A stretch of DNA of 64,000 nt from contig CAYRUY010000002.1 in NCBI GenBank assembly GCA_964427455.1, forward strand, positions 3,474 through 67,473. Reading direction: 5' to 3'. A program made the position numbers and the translations under genes. The stretch is from an uncultured Candidatus Bathyarchaeia archaeon (GTDB lineage Archaea > Thermoproteota > CALKCG01 > B24 > JAWCPE01). Within the stretch, counting starts at the first letter, position 1; the number at the start of each line of letters is the position of its first letter. This document shows, in pieces, positions 39,115 through 49,060 of the stretch. The notes beneath the pieces are model-generated. The model made no database searches and was not told where the DNA came from. It saw only the letters and a list, made by a program, of their open reading frames with translations.

Positions 39115-39355
39115 GGACGCTGGCGAAGCGCCTCCTACCTATAAGAAGGTATCTACTCAACTTCGAGTAAGCGCGAGCACGTTCGCAGGATGGTCGAGTC
39201 AGACCCGGCGCTGCGCGTATCGCAGCCACCGAGTGGACGATGAAACTCTCCGCAGAGAAGAGGCTTGCTTCGAGGACGGGGTCGATCAAACCAGACCGCG
39301 CATGAGAAACCTTGTATAGCAAGGCTCCAGTGTAGAGTACCTTGGAGCCCAGGCT

Positions 39356-40618
39356 ATGAGACGGTTCCTTGAAAGCGTCGACCACATGACCGTCAAATCG
39401 GCTGTTTCGACTAGGCTGGAGGCAGCGGAGATCCTTGCCGCGCAGAAGAGACCTGTGCTCTTTGAGCGGGTGAACGACTACGCTGAGGCAAGGATTGTGG
39501 GAAACCTCTGCATCTCAAGGGGTCTAATCGCTAAGGCCCTCGGCACGACGAGCGACTCCTTGGTCTCAGCGATAGCGGAGGCCTTGGAGAAGCCCAGAGG
39601 TTATGAGGTGACGCCGTCAGCGGACTTCCTTAAGAACAAGGAGGAGAACCCAAACATCATAGACATACTTCCCCTATTGACGTATCACCGGGCGGAAAGC
39701 CGAGTGTACACCTCGGCGACCGTTGTCCTTGCAAGGGATCCCCAGACGGGCAGGCAGAATGCGTCGTTTCACAGGATGATGTACCTAGGTAGGAACAGGT
39801 TTGCGATACGCATTGTCCCCCGCGACCTATACAGGTTCTGGAACATCAACAAGATGAACGGGTTAGATACGCCGGTCGTTGTAGCTTGCGGGCTTCACCC
39901 AGCGATCTGCCTCGCCGCTGCTACCTCGTTCCCCGACTTGAACGAGCTTACGCTGGCCCGGGCCTTCTACCCCTTCGAATGCTGCCCCGTGAACGGCATA
40001 GATGTCCCGGTCGACGCGGAGGTTGTGATGGTGGGCAGGATTCTTCACGACGAGACCGCTGACGAAGGCCCTTTCGTAGACCTCACAGGCACATGGGATA
40101 CAGTGAGAAAGGAACCCGTCGTTGAGATTGATACGCTCTACTGGCGGGACAACCTCATCTGGCAGGCGATCGTCCCCGGCGGGACGGAGCACAGGCTTCT
40201 CATGGGTTTGCCCCAAGAGCCTCGGATGCTTAAGATCATCAGGAACACGACGCCTTCCGTGGCCGCCCTCGCCTTGACTGAGGGAGGCTGCAACTGGCTC
40301 CACGCAGTTGTGTCGATCAGAAAGAGGGTCGAAGGCGAGGGCAAGAACGTAGGCCTCGCAGCTCTCGCAGCTCACCCAAGCCTGAAGATGGTCACCGTGG
40401 TGGATGAGGACATCGATGTCACCGACCCTGTTAATGTCGAGTGGGCAGTCGCTACAAGGCTGCAGCCATCGAAGGGCATTCTCGTTATCCCCGACGCCCA
40501 TGGGTCGACCATCGATCCTTCACAAGCGAAGAGCGGCCTCACGAGCAAGTGGATCATAGACGCGACGATCCCTCTGGACAGAGACAGGAAGGATTATGTC
40601 CGCGTTATGACTGGATAG
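39356..40618 (+). CDS. UbiD-family decarboxylase, probably anhydromevalonate phosphate decarboxylase
   Basis: NASFHR, AIRIVPRDL, EGPFVDLTG, PGGTEH..LMG, VDEDID..D...VEWA.ATR, TIDPS. acnX pair nearby. Confidence 0.88.
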   Translation: MRRFLESVDHMTVKSAVSTRLEAAEILAAQKRPVLFERVNDYAEARIVGNLCISRGLIAKALGTTSDSLVSAIAEALEKPRGYEVTPSADFLKNKEENPNIIDILPLLTYHRAESRVYTSATVVLARDPQTGRQNASFHRMMYLGRNRFAIRIVPRDLYRFWNINKMNGLDTPVVVACGLHPAICLAAATSFPDLNELTLARAFYPFECCPVNGIDVPVDAEVVMVGRILHDETADEGPFVDLTGTWDTVRKEPVVEIDTLYWRDNLIWQAIVPGGTEHRLLMGLPQEPRMLKIIRNTTPSVAALALTEGGCNWLHAVVSIRKRVEGEGKNVGLAALAAHPSLKMVTVVDEDIDVTDPVNVEWAVATRLQPSKGILVIPDAHGSTIDPSQAKSGLTSKWIIDATIPLDRDRKDYVRVMTG

Positions 40619-40902
40619 TGTTATATCGTTCGTGAATGGTGTCGGCGGCGGACAGATACACGGCCTGCGGCCGACGCGTGGAGAGATGCCCCTTGACGGT
40701 TCAGAACGAGTCAGACGTAGACCCAGGCATTGATGGGGAGAGGGTTCTGGGGCCCTCTAGAGGTCGATGACTGGGAAGAGGGGGGAATGCGTCGTCGTCT
40801 TCGACGCGGAGGAGGTACACGCAAGGGTTGGCCGTAAGCCCAACTGATCCCGGAGCAAGTTGCTGCCCAGGTCCCGAAGTCTCAAGGCTTAGGGGGTTCT
40901 GA

Positions 40903-41436
40903 GTGCCCAACACAATCGTTGAGTCAGCGTCTCCACAGGTGATGAAAGACACTGAGTATCTTGCAAAGGTACTGGGCAAGCTTAAGCCCGAGCTATGTTA
41001 CCAATGTATGAAATGCACGAGTGGATGCCCAGCTGCCAAGGTTTCCGACTATAGACCCCACCTTGTGGCAGCAATGGCCAAGTTTCGCTTCACGGATGAA
41101 CTGCTCAGCAGCGGCATACTGTGGGCATGCTCGCTCTGCCTCAAATGTAAGGAGTACTGCCCACAGGATGTCTCACCAATAGAGCTTAACATAGCGTTGA
41201 GGAACCTGGCTATCGAGAGAAACGTCAAACCTCCAGAAACAGTCACACGTATGGCGAAGAGTGTCGCTGAGAGCGGCTTCAGTTTCGAAACCATGGGTGT
41301 GCTCACTCGAGGTTTCGAAGATGTTTCCAGAGGCGATCTAGGCCTGCCCGAGATTTGCGGTCCAAAGTCTCAGGACAACTTCCGTCAGATCATAATGCGT
41401 TTCATGAATTTGCGTAAGGAGGTTGAGAGAACATAG
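40903..41436 (+). CDS. hdrC: Heterodisulfide reductase subunit C
   Basis: CYQCMKCTSGCP and CSLCLKCKEYCPQ, directly upstream of hdrB. Confidence 0.9.
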   Translation: MPNTIVESASPQVMKDTEYLAKVLGKLKPELCYQCMKCTSGCPAAKVSDYRPHLVAAMAKFRFTDELLSSGILWACSLCLKCKEYCPQDVSPIELNIALRNLAIERNVKPPETVTRMAKSVAESGFSFETMGVLTRGFEDVSRGDLGLPEICGPKSQDNFRQIIMRFMNLRKEVERT

Positions 41437-41438
41437 TC

Positions 41439-42317
41439 ATGAAGAAGATGTATCTCTTCTTAGGGTGTATAATACCTACAAAGCAGTACGCTTATGAGCT
41501 TTCGCTCCGCTCTACACTTCCACAGCTCGGAGTGGAGCTTGAAGACATGCCTGAGGCAAACTGTTGCGGAACGCCTTTGAAGTGCGTAAGCATACTGTAC
41601 CCAGTCTATGCCTCGGCAAGGATCTTCGCCGTGGCTGAGGCTTCTGGGTTGGATATACTAGCTCCCTGTAACGGCTGCCATCTTACGCTTTCAGAGAACT
41701 TCCACCTGCTCCAAGAGCGACCAGACCTACTAGAGCACGTGAACCGTCTGCTGAAGGAAGATGGATTGAGGTACACCGGCAAGGCTCAGCTGTACCACCC
41801 CGTTGAAGTTCTCCATGACATCATAGGCTTAGATAAGATAGCTTCTTCAGTGCAATCAAAGTTACCACCACTTAAGTTCGCTTCACATCCAGGATGCCAC
41901 CTTGTCAGGCCTTCTGGAATACCGAGGCCTGAATCAAGGAGAGGCCCTCTGAAACTCGACAGCGCACTTGAGGCGATCGGGCTGCAATCGGTGGATACTC
42001 CAGAGAAATTCGAGTGTTGTGGCGCAGCAGTCTTGCCATACTCAGCTGATGCGGCTCTCAAGATCGCCGGTATGAGATTGACGAAGATTGGAGAGGCTGG
42101 GGTGGACGGTGCAACGACTCTCTGCCCCTACTGCTTCGAGATGCTTGATGGTAAACAGGATGCTGCCAAGATTGTCGCTGGAAACGCGACGCCTACAGTA
42201 CCTGTACTCTACTACACTCAACTCCTCGGACTCGCGTTGGGAATAGGCGACAAGGAATTGGGTCTTGACCTCAACATGAGTCCGATTGACACTGTCCTAG
42301 AAAAGGCGAGGAGGTGA
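41439..42317 (+). CDS. hdrB: Heterodisulfide reductase subunit B
   Basis: FLGC, NCCG, PCNGC, HPGCH..RP, ECCG, CPYC (CCG domains). Confidence 0.92.
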   Translation: MKKMYLFLGCIIPTKQYAYELSLRSTLPQLGVELEDMPEANCCGTPLKCVSILYPVYASARIFAVAEASGLDILAPCNGCHLTLSENFHLLQERPDLLEHVNRLLKEDGLRYTGKAQLYHPVEVLHDIIGLDKIASSVQSKLPPLKFASHPGCHLVRPSGIPRPESRRGPLKLDSALEAIGLQSVDTPEKFECCGAAVLPYSADAALKIAGMRLTKIGEAGVDGATTLCPYCFEMLDGKQDAAKIVAGNATPTVPVLYYTQLLGLALGIGDKELGLDLNMSPIDTVLEKARR

Positions 42318-42323
42318 GTACAC

Positions 42324-44294
42324 ATGCCCGGTGTACCCAAGATCGGTGTGTACGTCTGCCACTGTGGTTCAAACATCGCTGCAACAGTGGATGTAGCCCA
42401 AGTGAGAGATTACGCAGCTGAGCTTCCTAACGTCGCCATATCAAGAGACTACCCGTACATGTGTTCAGAACCGGGCCAGAAGGTGATAGTCGAGGATGTT
42501 AGGAATCTTGGGATAAACAGGGTGGTCGTTGCATCATGCTCACCAAGGATGCATGAACCTACCTTCCAGAAAGCGGTTGAAACAGCTGGGCTTAACCGAT
42601 ACTTGCTTGAGATGGCGAATATCAGGGATCATTGTTCATGGGTTCACACAGACGACCCTGAACGAGCGACTGAGAAGGCGAAGATCCTCGTTAAGGCCTC
42701 TGTAGCCAAAGCAGCTCAACTCAAGCCGCTTACGACAGAAAAGCTGAGCGTGAACCCTACTGCCCTGGTGATCGGGGGAGGCATTGCAGGTATCAGAGGT
42801 TCACTTGACATCGCGAACGCAGGCTTCGAAGTGTATCTGGTTGAGAAGAGACCGAGCATTGGAGGCAATATGGCAAGACTTGACAAGACTTTCCCTACAC
42901 TCGACTGCTCACAATGCATACTGACACCCTTAATGGTGGAGGTTGCTCGCCACCCGAAAATCCACTTATACACTTACAGCGAAGTGCAGTCGGTGGAAGG
43001 CTCGGTCGGCAACTTCACGGTCACGATCGAGGGGAAACCGAGGTACGTGAACGAGGCGAGGTGTACTGGCTGTGGGACCTGCGTGAGCAAATGTCCGCTC
43101 AAGGTACCTAGCGAGTTTGAACTAGGCCTTGGGCAGAGAAGCGCCGTCTACTTCGAATTCCCGCAAGCAGTTCCACTGATCCCTGTAATCGACCCGGAGC
43201 ACTGTGCATACCTCACCAATGGTAGATGCAGAGCGTGTGAAAAACTCTGCCCAACCAAAGCTATTGACTTCGAACAGAAGCCTCGCGAGGTCAAGTTGAA
43301 CGTGGGCACAATCATACTCGCAACAGGTTATACGCTCTACGATGTCGCAAACAAGATGCCCGAGTATGAATACGCCAGAAACAGAAACGTGATTACAGGC
43401 CTGCAATTTGAAAGGCTCTGTTCAGCCACTGGCCCGACAAAGGGCAACATTCAAAGGCTGGAAGACGGCAAGAGGGCCAACACGGTAGCCATAGTACTCT
43501 GTGCAGGCTCAAGAGATACGAAGCATCTACCATACTGCTGCAGGTTCGGATGTGCAGCTGGCCTCAAGCACGCATACTATGTTGTTAGCCACATACCTGA
43601 AGCCAGAGTTTACATATGCTACACAGACATCAGGTCGTTCGGGAAAGGCTACGAGGAATTCTATGAGAGAATAAGAGGATATGAAAACGTATACTTTGTG
43701 AGAGGCAGGCCTGCAGAGATCTACTCAAACCCGCACCGCTCACTCTACTTCGACGTTTACGATTCGAACACCAACCGATTCCTGAGGATCAACCCAGACC
43801 TCGTCGTCTTGGAGACCGGTGTAGTACCTGATCCAGCGATGCTGCAGTTGGGCAGGATGTTGAAGTGCTCCAGAGGCCCAGATGGATTTGCTTTAGAGCT
43901 ACATCCCAAACTGCGGCCGACGGAAACATCGGTAGACGGTGTGTTCCTAGCGGGTGTGGTTCAAGGGCCGAAGGACATACCTGACACAGTTGCCCAAGCC
44001 GGTGCTGCAGCTTCATCAGCCATCGCGCTAATGTCAAGAGGCTATGCGGAGTCGGTGCCGTACATAGCCGAAGTGAATGAAGACGTGTGTAGCGGATGCG
44101 GCGTATGCGAGCCGCTCTGCGCTTACAACGCCATAAGTATCGTCGAAAAGAACGGTGGGAAACTGGCGAGCATAGATGCGGCAAAATGCAAGGGATGCGG
44201 TGCGTGCGCAGCAGGATGCCCATCCGCCGCCATGGACCAGAAAGGATTCGACAGCCAGCAGATACTTGCCATGGTGGAGGCAATCACGACGTGA
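42324..44294 (+). CDS. hdrA: Heterodisulfide reductase subunit A
   Basis: IGVYVCHCGSNI, CSPRMHE, GGGIAG, DKTFPTLDCSQC, ferredoxin motifs, LHPKLRP, QGPKDI. Confidence 0.95.
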   Translation: MPGVPKIGVYVCHCGSNIAATVDVAQVRDYAAELPNVAISRDYPYMCSEPGQKVIVEDVRNLGINRVVVASCSPRMHEPTFQKAVETAGLNRYLLEMANIRDHCSWVHTDDPERATEKAKILVKASVAKAAQLKPLTTEKLSVNPTALVIGGGIAGIRGSLDIANAGFEVYLVEKRPSIGGNMARLDKTFPTLDCSQCILTPLMVEVARHPKIHLYTYSEVQSVEGSVGNFTVTIEGKPRYVNEARCTGCGTCVSKCPLKVPSEFELGLGQRSAVYFEFPQAVPLIPVIDPEHCAYLTNGRCRACEKLCPTKAIDFEQKPREVKLNVGTIILATGYTLYDVANKMPEYEYARNRNVITGLQFERLCSATGPTKGNIQRLEDGKRANTVAIVLCAGSRDTKHLPYCCRFGCAAGLKHAYYVVSHIPEARVYICYTDIRSFGKGYEEFYERIRGYENVYFVRGRPAEIYSNPHRSLYFDVYDSNTNRFLRINPDLVVLETGVVPDPAMLQLGRMLKCSRGPDGFALELHPKLRPTETSVDGVFLAGVVQGPKDIPDTVAQAGAAASSAIALMSRGYAESVPYIAEVNEDVCSGCGVCEPLCAYNAISIVEKNGGKLASIDAAKCKGCGACAAGCPSAAMDQKGFDSQQILAMVEAITT

Positions 44295-44301
44295 TGTCCA
44301 C

Positions 44302-44772
44302 ATGAGTAAAGAGCGGTTTGAACCTAACATCGTAGTCTTCGCATGCAACTGGTGCTCTTACGCAGGCATGGACTTGGCTGGCACAAGTCGAACACAATAC
44401 CCGGCTAACCTGAAGACGGTTAGGGTGATGTGTTCCGGTAGAATCGATCCATCATGGGTTCTCAAAGCTCTCCAGAACGGTGCCGACGGCGTGTTAGTAA
44501 CCGGATGCCACCCTGGAGACTGCCATTATATCTCCGGCAACTATAAGACGAGGAGAAGAATGTTCCTCCTCAGAAACTTACTCAAGGAGTTCGGAGTAGA
44601 TGAGAGCAGAATGCGTCTCGAATGGATTTCTGCATCAGAAGGAGACCGTTACGCAAGAATAGCAGCAGAATTCACCGAGCAAATACGAAAGCTCGGCCCC
44701 AACCAGATAGCATTAATGGTGAGAAAGAGTCTGGGCGAGCTAGATGGTGAGAATGAGCGGACACAAGCCTAA
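44302..44772 (+). CDS. mvhD: Hydrogenase iron-sulfur subunit D
   Basis: FACNWCSYAG.DLAG, RVMCSGR, GCHPGDCHY..GN, WISASEG. ATG 44302 rather than ORF-track 44176. Confidence 0.92.
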   Translation: MSKERFEPNIVVFACNWCSYAGMDLAGTSRTQYPANLKTVRVMCSGRIDPSWVLKALQNGADGVLVTGCHPGDCHYISGNYKTRRRMFLLRNLLKEFGVDESRMRLEWISASEGDRYARIAAEFTEQIRKLGPNQIALMVRKSLGELDGENERTQA

Positions 44773-45751
44773 ACTTGCGATAGTCCCAGGAATGGACTGC
44801 TCTGGATGCGACTATTCACTGCTAGACCTGGGGGAAGCAGTGGTTGATGCATTGTCAAGCGTAGAGCTAGTCTTTTGGCCCACAGCCACAGACTCTAAGG
44901 TCAGCGATCTGAGAGACCAGCCAGACAAAGGGGTCGACATCGTACTCTACGAAGGAGCTGTGGGAAACGAGGAAAACCTAGAGCTGGCTAGACTTGCAAG
45001 GAAGAAGGCGAAGACACTCTTCGCTTTTGGCTCATGCGCTTGCATCGGCGGTGTACCTGGGCTGGGCAATGTTACGAATAGCAGGGAGCTGATAGACACC
45101 GCATATGTTATGGCACCGAGCAACGTCAACGGAGATAAGTTAAGGCCTAAAGCACGCACGAAAATAGATGGTAAGGAACTAACCTTGCCGGTAACCTTCG
45201 ATACAGTCGTCCCGCTCGACCAAGTTGTCCATCTGGACTACTATCTGCCAGGGTGTCCACCTCCGCTCAAGTTCTCCCTTGAAGCGTTGACGGCAACCTT
45301 GAAGGGCCGACTGCCTCCCAGAGGTTACGTATTTGCCTCCCCGAAGTCTCTATGTGACGAATGTCCAAGAAAGCGTGAAGGGAAAAATGAGATTGCGATG
45401 ATCAGAAGATTCCATGAGATCGAGCCAAACGCCGACAGATGCTTATTGGAGCAGGGACTAGTCTGCCTAGGCCCAGCTACAAGAGGGGGATGTGGTGGAG
45501 CGTGCGTGGAGACGAACATCCCCTGCAGAGGATGTATGGGACCTACACCTGGATCGATCGACCAGGGTGCAAGGATGCTCTCCGCGATAGCCTCCGTACT
45601 GGGCGTGAAGAACGAGGCTGAGCTAACCGATGAAGAGGTGGAAGAGGTGGAGGAACAGATAGAGGAGATCAAGGATCCTCTAGGCACATTCTACAGATTC
45701 GGCCTTCCCGCATCACTGTTAAGAAGGGTTATGATGAAGGAACAAGTGTGA
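44744..45751 (+). CDS. mvhG: [NiFe]-hydrogenase group 3c small subunit
   Basis: CSGC, FGSCAC.GG.PGL, PGCPP, CDECPR, CLLEQG..CLGPATR.GC...C...NIPCRGC.GP. Confidence 0.92.
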   Translation: MVRMSGHKPKLAIVPGMDCSGCDYSLLDLGEAVVDALSSVELVFWPTATDSKVSDLRDQPDKGVDIVLYEGAVGNEENLELARLARKKAKTLFAFGSCACIGGVPGLGNVTNSRELIDTAYVMAPSNVNGDKLRPKARTKIDGKELTLPVTFDTVVPLDQVVHLDYYLPGCPPPLKFSLEALTATLKGRLPPRGYVFASPKSLCDECPRKREGKNEIAMIRRFHEIEPNADRCLLEQGLVCLGPATRGGCGGACVETNIPCRGCMGPTPGSIDQGARMLSAIASVLGVKNEAELTDEEVEEVEEQIEEIKDPLGTFYRFGLPASLLRRVMMKEQV

Positions 45752-45755
45752 GGAT

Positions 45756-47219
45756 ATGGCAGACAAAGTGATAAAGATACATCCAATGACCAGGCTAGAA
45801 GGGCACGGCAAGATCATTATCTTCCTCAACGATAAAGGTGACGTAGAAGACGCATACCTGCAAGTCGTCGAGTTCAGAGGCTTCGAAAGATTTTGCAAAG
45901 GTAGACCAGTGGAGGAGATGCCTCTTATCACACCACGCATATGCGGTGTATGCTCATGGGCGCATCATATGGCCTCCACGAAGGCTGTGGACTCAGTATA
46001 CCACGTAGCACCCGCCGAGAAAGCAAGAAAACTCAGGGAACTGGCTTACAATGCGTTCTATATACACGACCACTCAGCCATCTTCTACGTCCTGTCTGCA
46101 CCAGACTTCGTAGTCGGACCGAATGCTCCTAGACCTGATAGAAACGTGCTAGGCGTAGCGCGCAAGCTGGGCGTAGATGTAGTGAAGAGAGTCTTGAGGA
46201 CAAGGAAGCTTGCCGCACAGATCCTGCAGATGCTAGGCGGCAGGTCCGTGCATCCAAGCTTCGGCCTGCCGGGAGGTGTGTCGAAGGGCCTAAGCGAAGA
46301 CGAGAGGACAAGGGTGGAGGAATATGCGAAAGAGCTTGTGGCGTTCGGCAGCTTCACGCTGGATCTGCTAGAGGATGTGGTGTCAAGGAATGAAAACCAC
46401 ATGAAAATGTTCGCAACGGACACCTATAAACACAAAACCTACTATATGAGCCTAGTAGATGACCATGAGAAAGTGAACTACTACGATGGGTTAGTGAAGG
46501 TGGTGGATCCGGAAGGCAAGCAATTCGTGAAGTTCCCAGGCAACGAATACCTAAAGCATATAGGCGAGCATGTAGAGGAGTGGACGTACTTGAAATTCCC
46601 CTTCTTGAAGGCCGTCGGATGGAAGGGACTGATAGACGGCAAGGACTCAGGCATATACAGAGTAGGGCCCCTGGCAAGGTTGAACACGTCTGAGGGCTTC
46701 GCCACCCCACTCGCAGATGAAGCCTACAGGAACCTGATATCGGTGCTAGGCAAGCCTGTGCACACTGCACTCGCCTATCACTGGGGAAGAGTACTGGAAA
46801 TCCTCAACGCAGCAGAGAGAGTTTCAGAGTTGAGCCAAGATAAGGAGATTGTGGGCAAGAACATACGCAATATGCCGAGAGAGAAGCCCGACGAAGGGGT
46901 GGGTATAGTTGAGGCACCGAGGGGTACCCTTATCCACCACTATAGGACCAACAACGAAGGACTACTCACTGACGTCAACCTCATAGTTGCTACAGTACAC
47001 AACAATGCAGGTATGTGCATGTCAGTGAAAAAATCCGCACAGCAGCTCATCAAACAAGACAATGTGGATAACGGACTGCTGAACATGGTAGAGATGGCGT
47101 TCAGAGCCTACGACCCATGTCTCGCCTGCGGAACACACGCCCTCCCAGGACACATGCCCATCGAGATCGAGATCTACGATGCAGGTGAAAGGCTCGTTAG
47201 GAACATAAGAAGAGACTAG
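45756..47219 (+). CDS. mvhA: [NiFe]-hydrogenase group 3c large subunit
   Basis: TRLEGHG, PRICGVC (L1), EAPRGTL.HHY, RAYDPCLACGTH (L2) followed by a cleavable C-tail. Confidence 0.95.
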   Translation: MADKVIKIHPMTRLEGHGKIIIFLNDKGDVEDAYLQVVEFRGFERFCKGRPVEEMPLITPRICGVCSWAHHMASTKAVDSVYHVAPAEKARKLRELAYNAFYIHDHSAIFYVLSAPDFVVGPNAPRPDRNVLGVARKLGVDVVKRVLRTRKLAAQILQMLGGRSVHPSFGLPGGVSKGLSEDERTRVEEYAKELVAFGSFTLDLLEDVVSRNENHMKMFATDTYKHKTYYMSLVDDHEKVNYYDGLVKVVDPEGKQFVKFPGNEYLKHIGEHVEEWTYLKFPFLKAVGWKGLIDGKDSGIYRVGPLARLNTSEGFATPLADEAYRNLISVLGKPVHTALAYHWGRVLEILNAAERVSELSQDKEIVGKNIRNMPREKPDEGVGIVEAPRGTLIHHYRTNNEGLLTDVNLIVATVHNNAGMCMSVKKSAQQLIKQDNVDNGLLNMVEMAFRAYDPCLACGTHALPGHMPIEIEIYDAGERLVRNIRRD

Positions 47220-47220
47220 C

Positions 47221-47814
47221 ATGGCAAACAGGATACTTGTAGCCAGCCTCGGCAACCATATACTCGGCGACGATGGTGTAGGTCACCACGTGGCAAAAAG
47301 GCTGAAGGCTGAACTGAAGGACTACCCAGTAGACGTGAAAGAGACGCAGACTAGTTGGCTGAATGCAGCTGAGGAGGCACAAGGGTACAATACGGTCATA
47401 TTCATCGACTCGTTGATTGCTGATAAACGTGGAAGACTCTGCAGGCTCAGCTTAGACGAGCTGGGAGAATTGGATTATCCATCCTTCATACACGGATTCA
47501 GCATTATCGCTGCACTGAGGCTACTGAGTAAAGGCGTTAGCGATATGCCGAGACACTTGACGTTCTACAGCATCACGATCAAGCCTCCTAGCGAGTATTG
47601 CGAAGGCTTGAGTAAGGAAGTGGCCGATGCTGCCGATAGATGTGTTGAGGCTGTGAAGCACGAAGTTAGTGAGATTATATCTGGGAACTGTGCTCACGCT
47701 GAACCTAGCCATGCTTGGCCCGCGCCACCGACAAGGTCCCACCGGTCGACTTCTACGTCCCTGGGTGTCCACCGAGACCCGAAGCCATCACCGAAGGCAT
47801 CACCTTGGCGCTGA
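47221..47814 (+). CDS. Hydrogenase maturation protease
   Basis: [19 protein letters not shown]. The last ~35 aa appear to be read-through over an unrelated remnant. Confidence 0.88.
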   Translation: MANRILVASLGNHILGDDGVGHHVAKRLKAELKDYPVDVKETQTSWLNAAEEAQGYNTVIFIDSLIADKRGRLCRLSLDELGELDYPSFIHGFSIIAALRLLSKGVSDMPRHLTFYSITIKPPSEYCEGLSKEVADAADRCVEAVKHEVSEIISGNCAHAEPSHAWPAPPTRSHRSTSTSLGVHRDPKPSPKASPWR

Positions 47815-47837
47815 AGAAGCTTGTTTCCCATAAGTAG
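47724..47837 (+). pseudogene. C-terminal fragment of a NuoB/EchC-type (group 4 hydrogenase or complex I) small subunit
   Basis: Alternative frame reads [37 protein letters not shown], with an in-frame TAG at 47706-47708 and no N-terminal part. Confidence 0.7.
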
Positions 47838-47852
47838 AGGCAACTGGTCCTA

Positions 47853-49052
47853 ATGTACCTGACAAGGGAGGAAGAGCAGATTCTTGCTGGCGAAGGTGGG
47901 ATGGTCAAGCAAAAAGCTATGGAAATCCTCGTCGCGCTCGGCGACATATACTCGGCAGAGAGACTGATCAAGGCCGAGTCAGCTCAGGTCGCAGGTGTGA
48001 GCTACAAGACGATCGGTGACGCCGGCCTACATTGGCTTGAATCCCTCTCCGCGGGCAGAGTCCAAGTGCCAACGACACTCAACCCCGCCGGAATGGATCT
48101 GGCCCAGTGGCGAAAGATGGGCGTACCGCAAGACTTCGCGGAGAAACAGCTCAAAATAGTGCAGGCGTACATGGCGGTCGGGGCCATCCCTGCGTGCACA
48201 TGCACACCATACCTTGTCGGCAACAGGCCTAGCCCAAGGCAGCACATAGCTTGGTCCGAGTCCTCAGCGGTCTGCTACGCGAACTCAGTCCTAGCAGCTT
48301 ACACCAATAGGGAGGGAGGCCCTTCAGCCCTCGCCTCGGCGCTGACCGGCCTGACACCGTACTACGGTTACCACTTAGACGAGAACAGGCTTCCCACAGT
48401 GACCATTGAGGCTAATGCAAACCTTGCTGAGGAAAGCTCTTTCAGCATACTCGGTTGGTGGATAGGCCGAGCCGTAGGGATGGGCGTTCCGTACGTTCGA
48501 GGACTGGGAAGCCCCACGGACGACTGCTTGAAGGCGCTTGCGGCCGGGCTTGCAACGACAGGCTCCATAGCGATGTTCCATCTAGACAGCAAGGTGCACC
48601 CTAGGACCGAGGCTACCGGCTGGGCAAACACCGAGAAGTACAGTTTCACCGACGAAGATCTGAAGGCGTCCAGTGAGACGTTAACCACCTGCAGAGTTGA
48701 CAGGGTTGATCTTGTTGCCTTCGGTTGCCCACATGCATCTCTCTGTGAGATCCGGAAGATCGCGAAGCTCCTGGAGGGACGTAGCATCAGGCGTCGCTCA
48801 AAGCTGTGGGTGTTCACCTCATCCCGCATCAAGGCCCTAGCTGAGCGAGAGGGGATTTTGGCCCCGATAACGGAGGCCGGGGGAGAAGTCTACGCGGATA
48901 CCTGTATGGTCGTCGCGCCGCTAGAGAGGATGGGATTCTGCACGATTGCGGTCAACTCTGCAAAAGCCGCTACTTACGCACCGACAACGTCTAGCGTCGA
49001 CGTTGTCTTCAAGAGCCCAAAGGAGTGCATCGAACTCGTTTGCTCCAAGTGA
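47853..49052 (+). CDS. Aconitase X large subunit (phosphomevalonate dehydratase large subunit-like)
   Basis: MYLTREEE.IL.GE.G, AQVAGVSYKTIG, TTLNP, CTCTPY, ESSAV.YANSV, GCPHAS, DTCMVV.P, NSAKAA.Y. Confidence 0.9.
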   Translation: MYLTREEEQILAGEGGMVKQKAMEILVALGDIYSAERLIKAESAQVAGVSYKTIGDAGLHWLESLSAGRVQVPTTLNPAGMDLAQWRKMGVPQDFAEKQLKIVQAYMAVGAIPACTCTPYLVGNRPSPRQHIAWSESSAVCYANSVLAAYTNREGGPSALASALTGLTPYYGYHLDENRLPTVTIEANANLAEESSFSILGWWIGRAVGMGVPYVRGLGSPTDDCLKALAAGLATTGSIAMFHLDSKVHPRTEATGWANTEKYSFTDEDLKASSETLTTCRVDRVDLVAFGCPHASLCEIRKIAKLLEGRSIRRRSKLWVFTSSRIKALAEREGILAPITEAGGEVYADTCMVVAPLERMGFCTIAVNSAKAATYAPTTSSVDVVFKSPKECIELVCSK

Positions 49053-49060
49053 GGCAGTGA

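Noticed and set aside
42324-47219. Selenocysteine recoding in HdrA, MvhD or MvhA
   Set aside because: All three frames are uninterrupted, and the positions that are Sec in some methanogens are Cys here (DCSQC, GCHPGDCH, DPCLAC).
47700-47814. C-terminal extra domain on the hydrogenase maturation protease
   Set aside because: It is an off-frame reading of the NuoB-like remnant, with unnatural Pro/Ser-rich composition.
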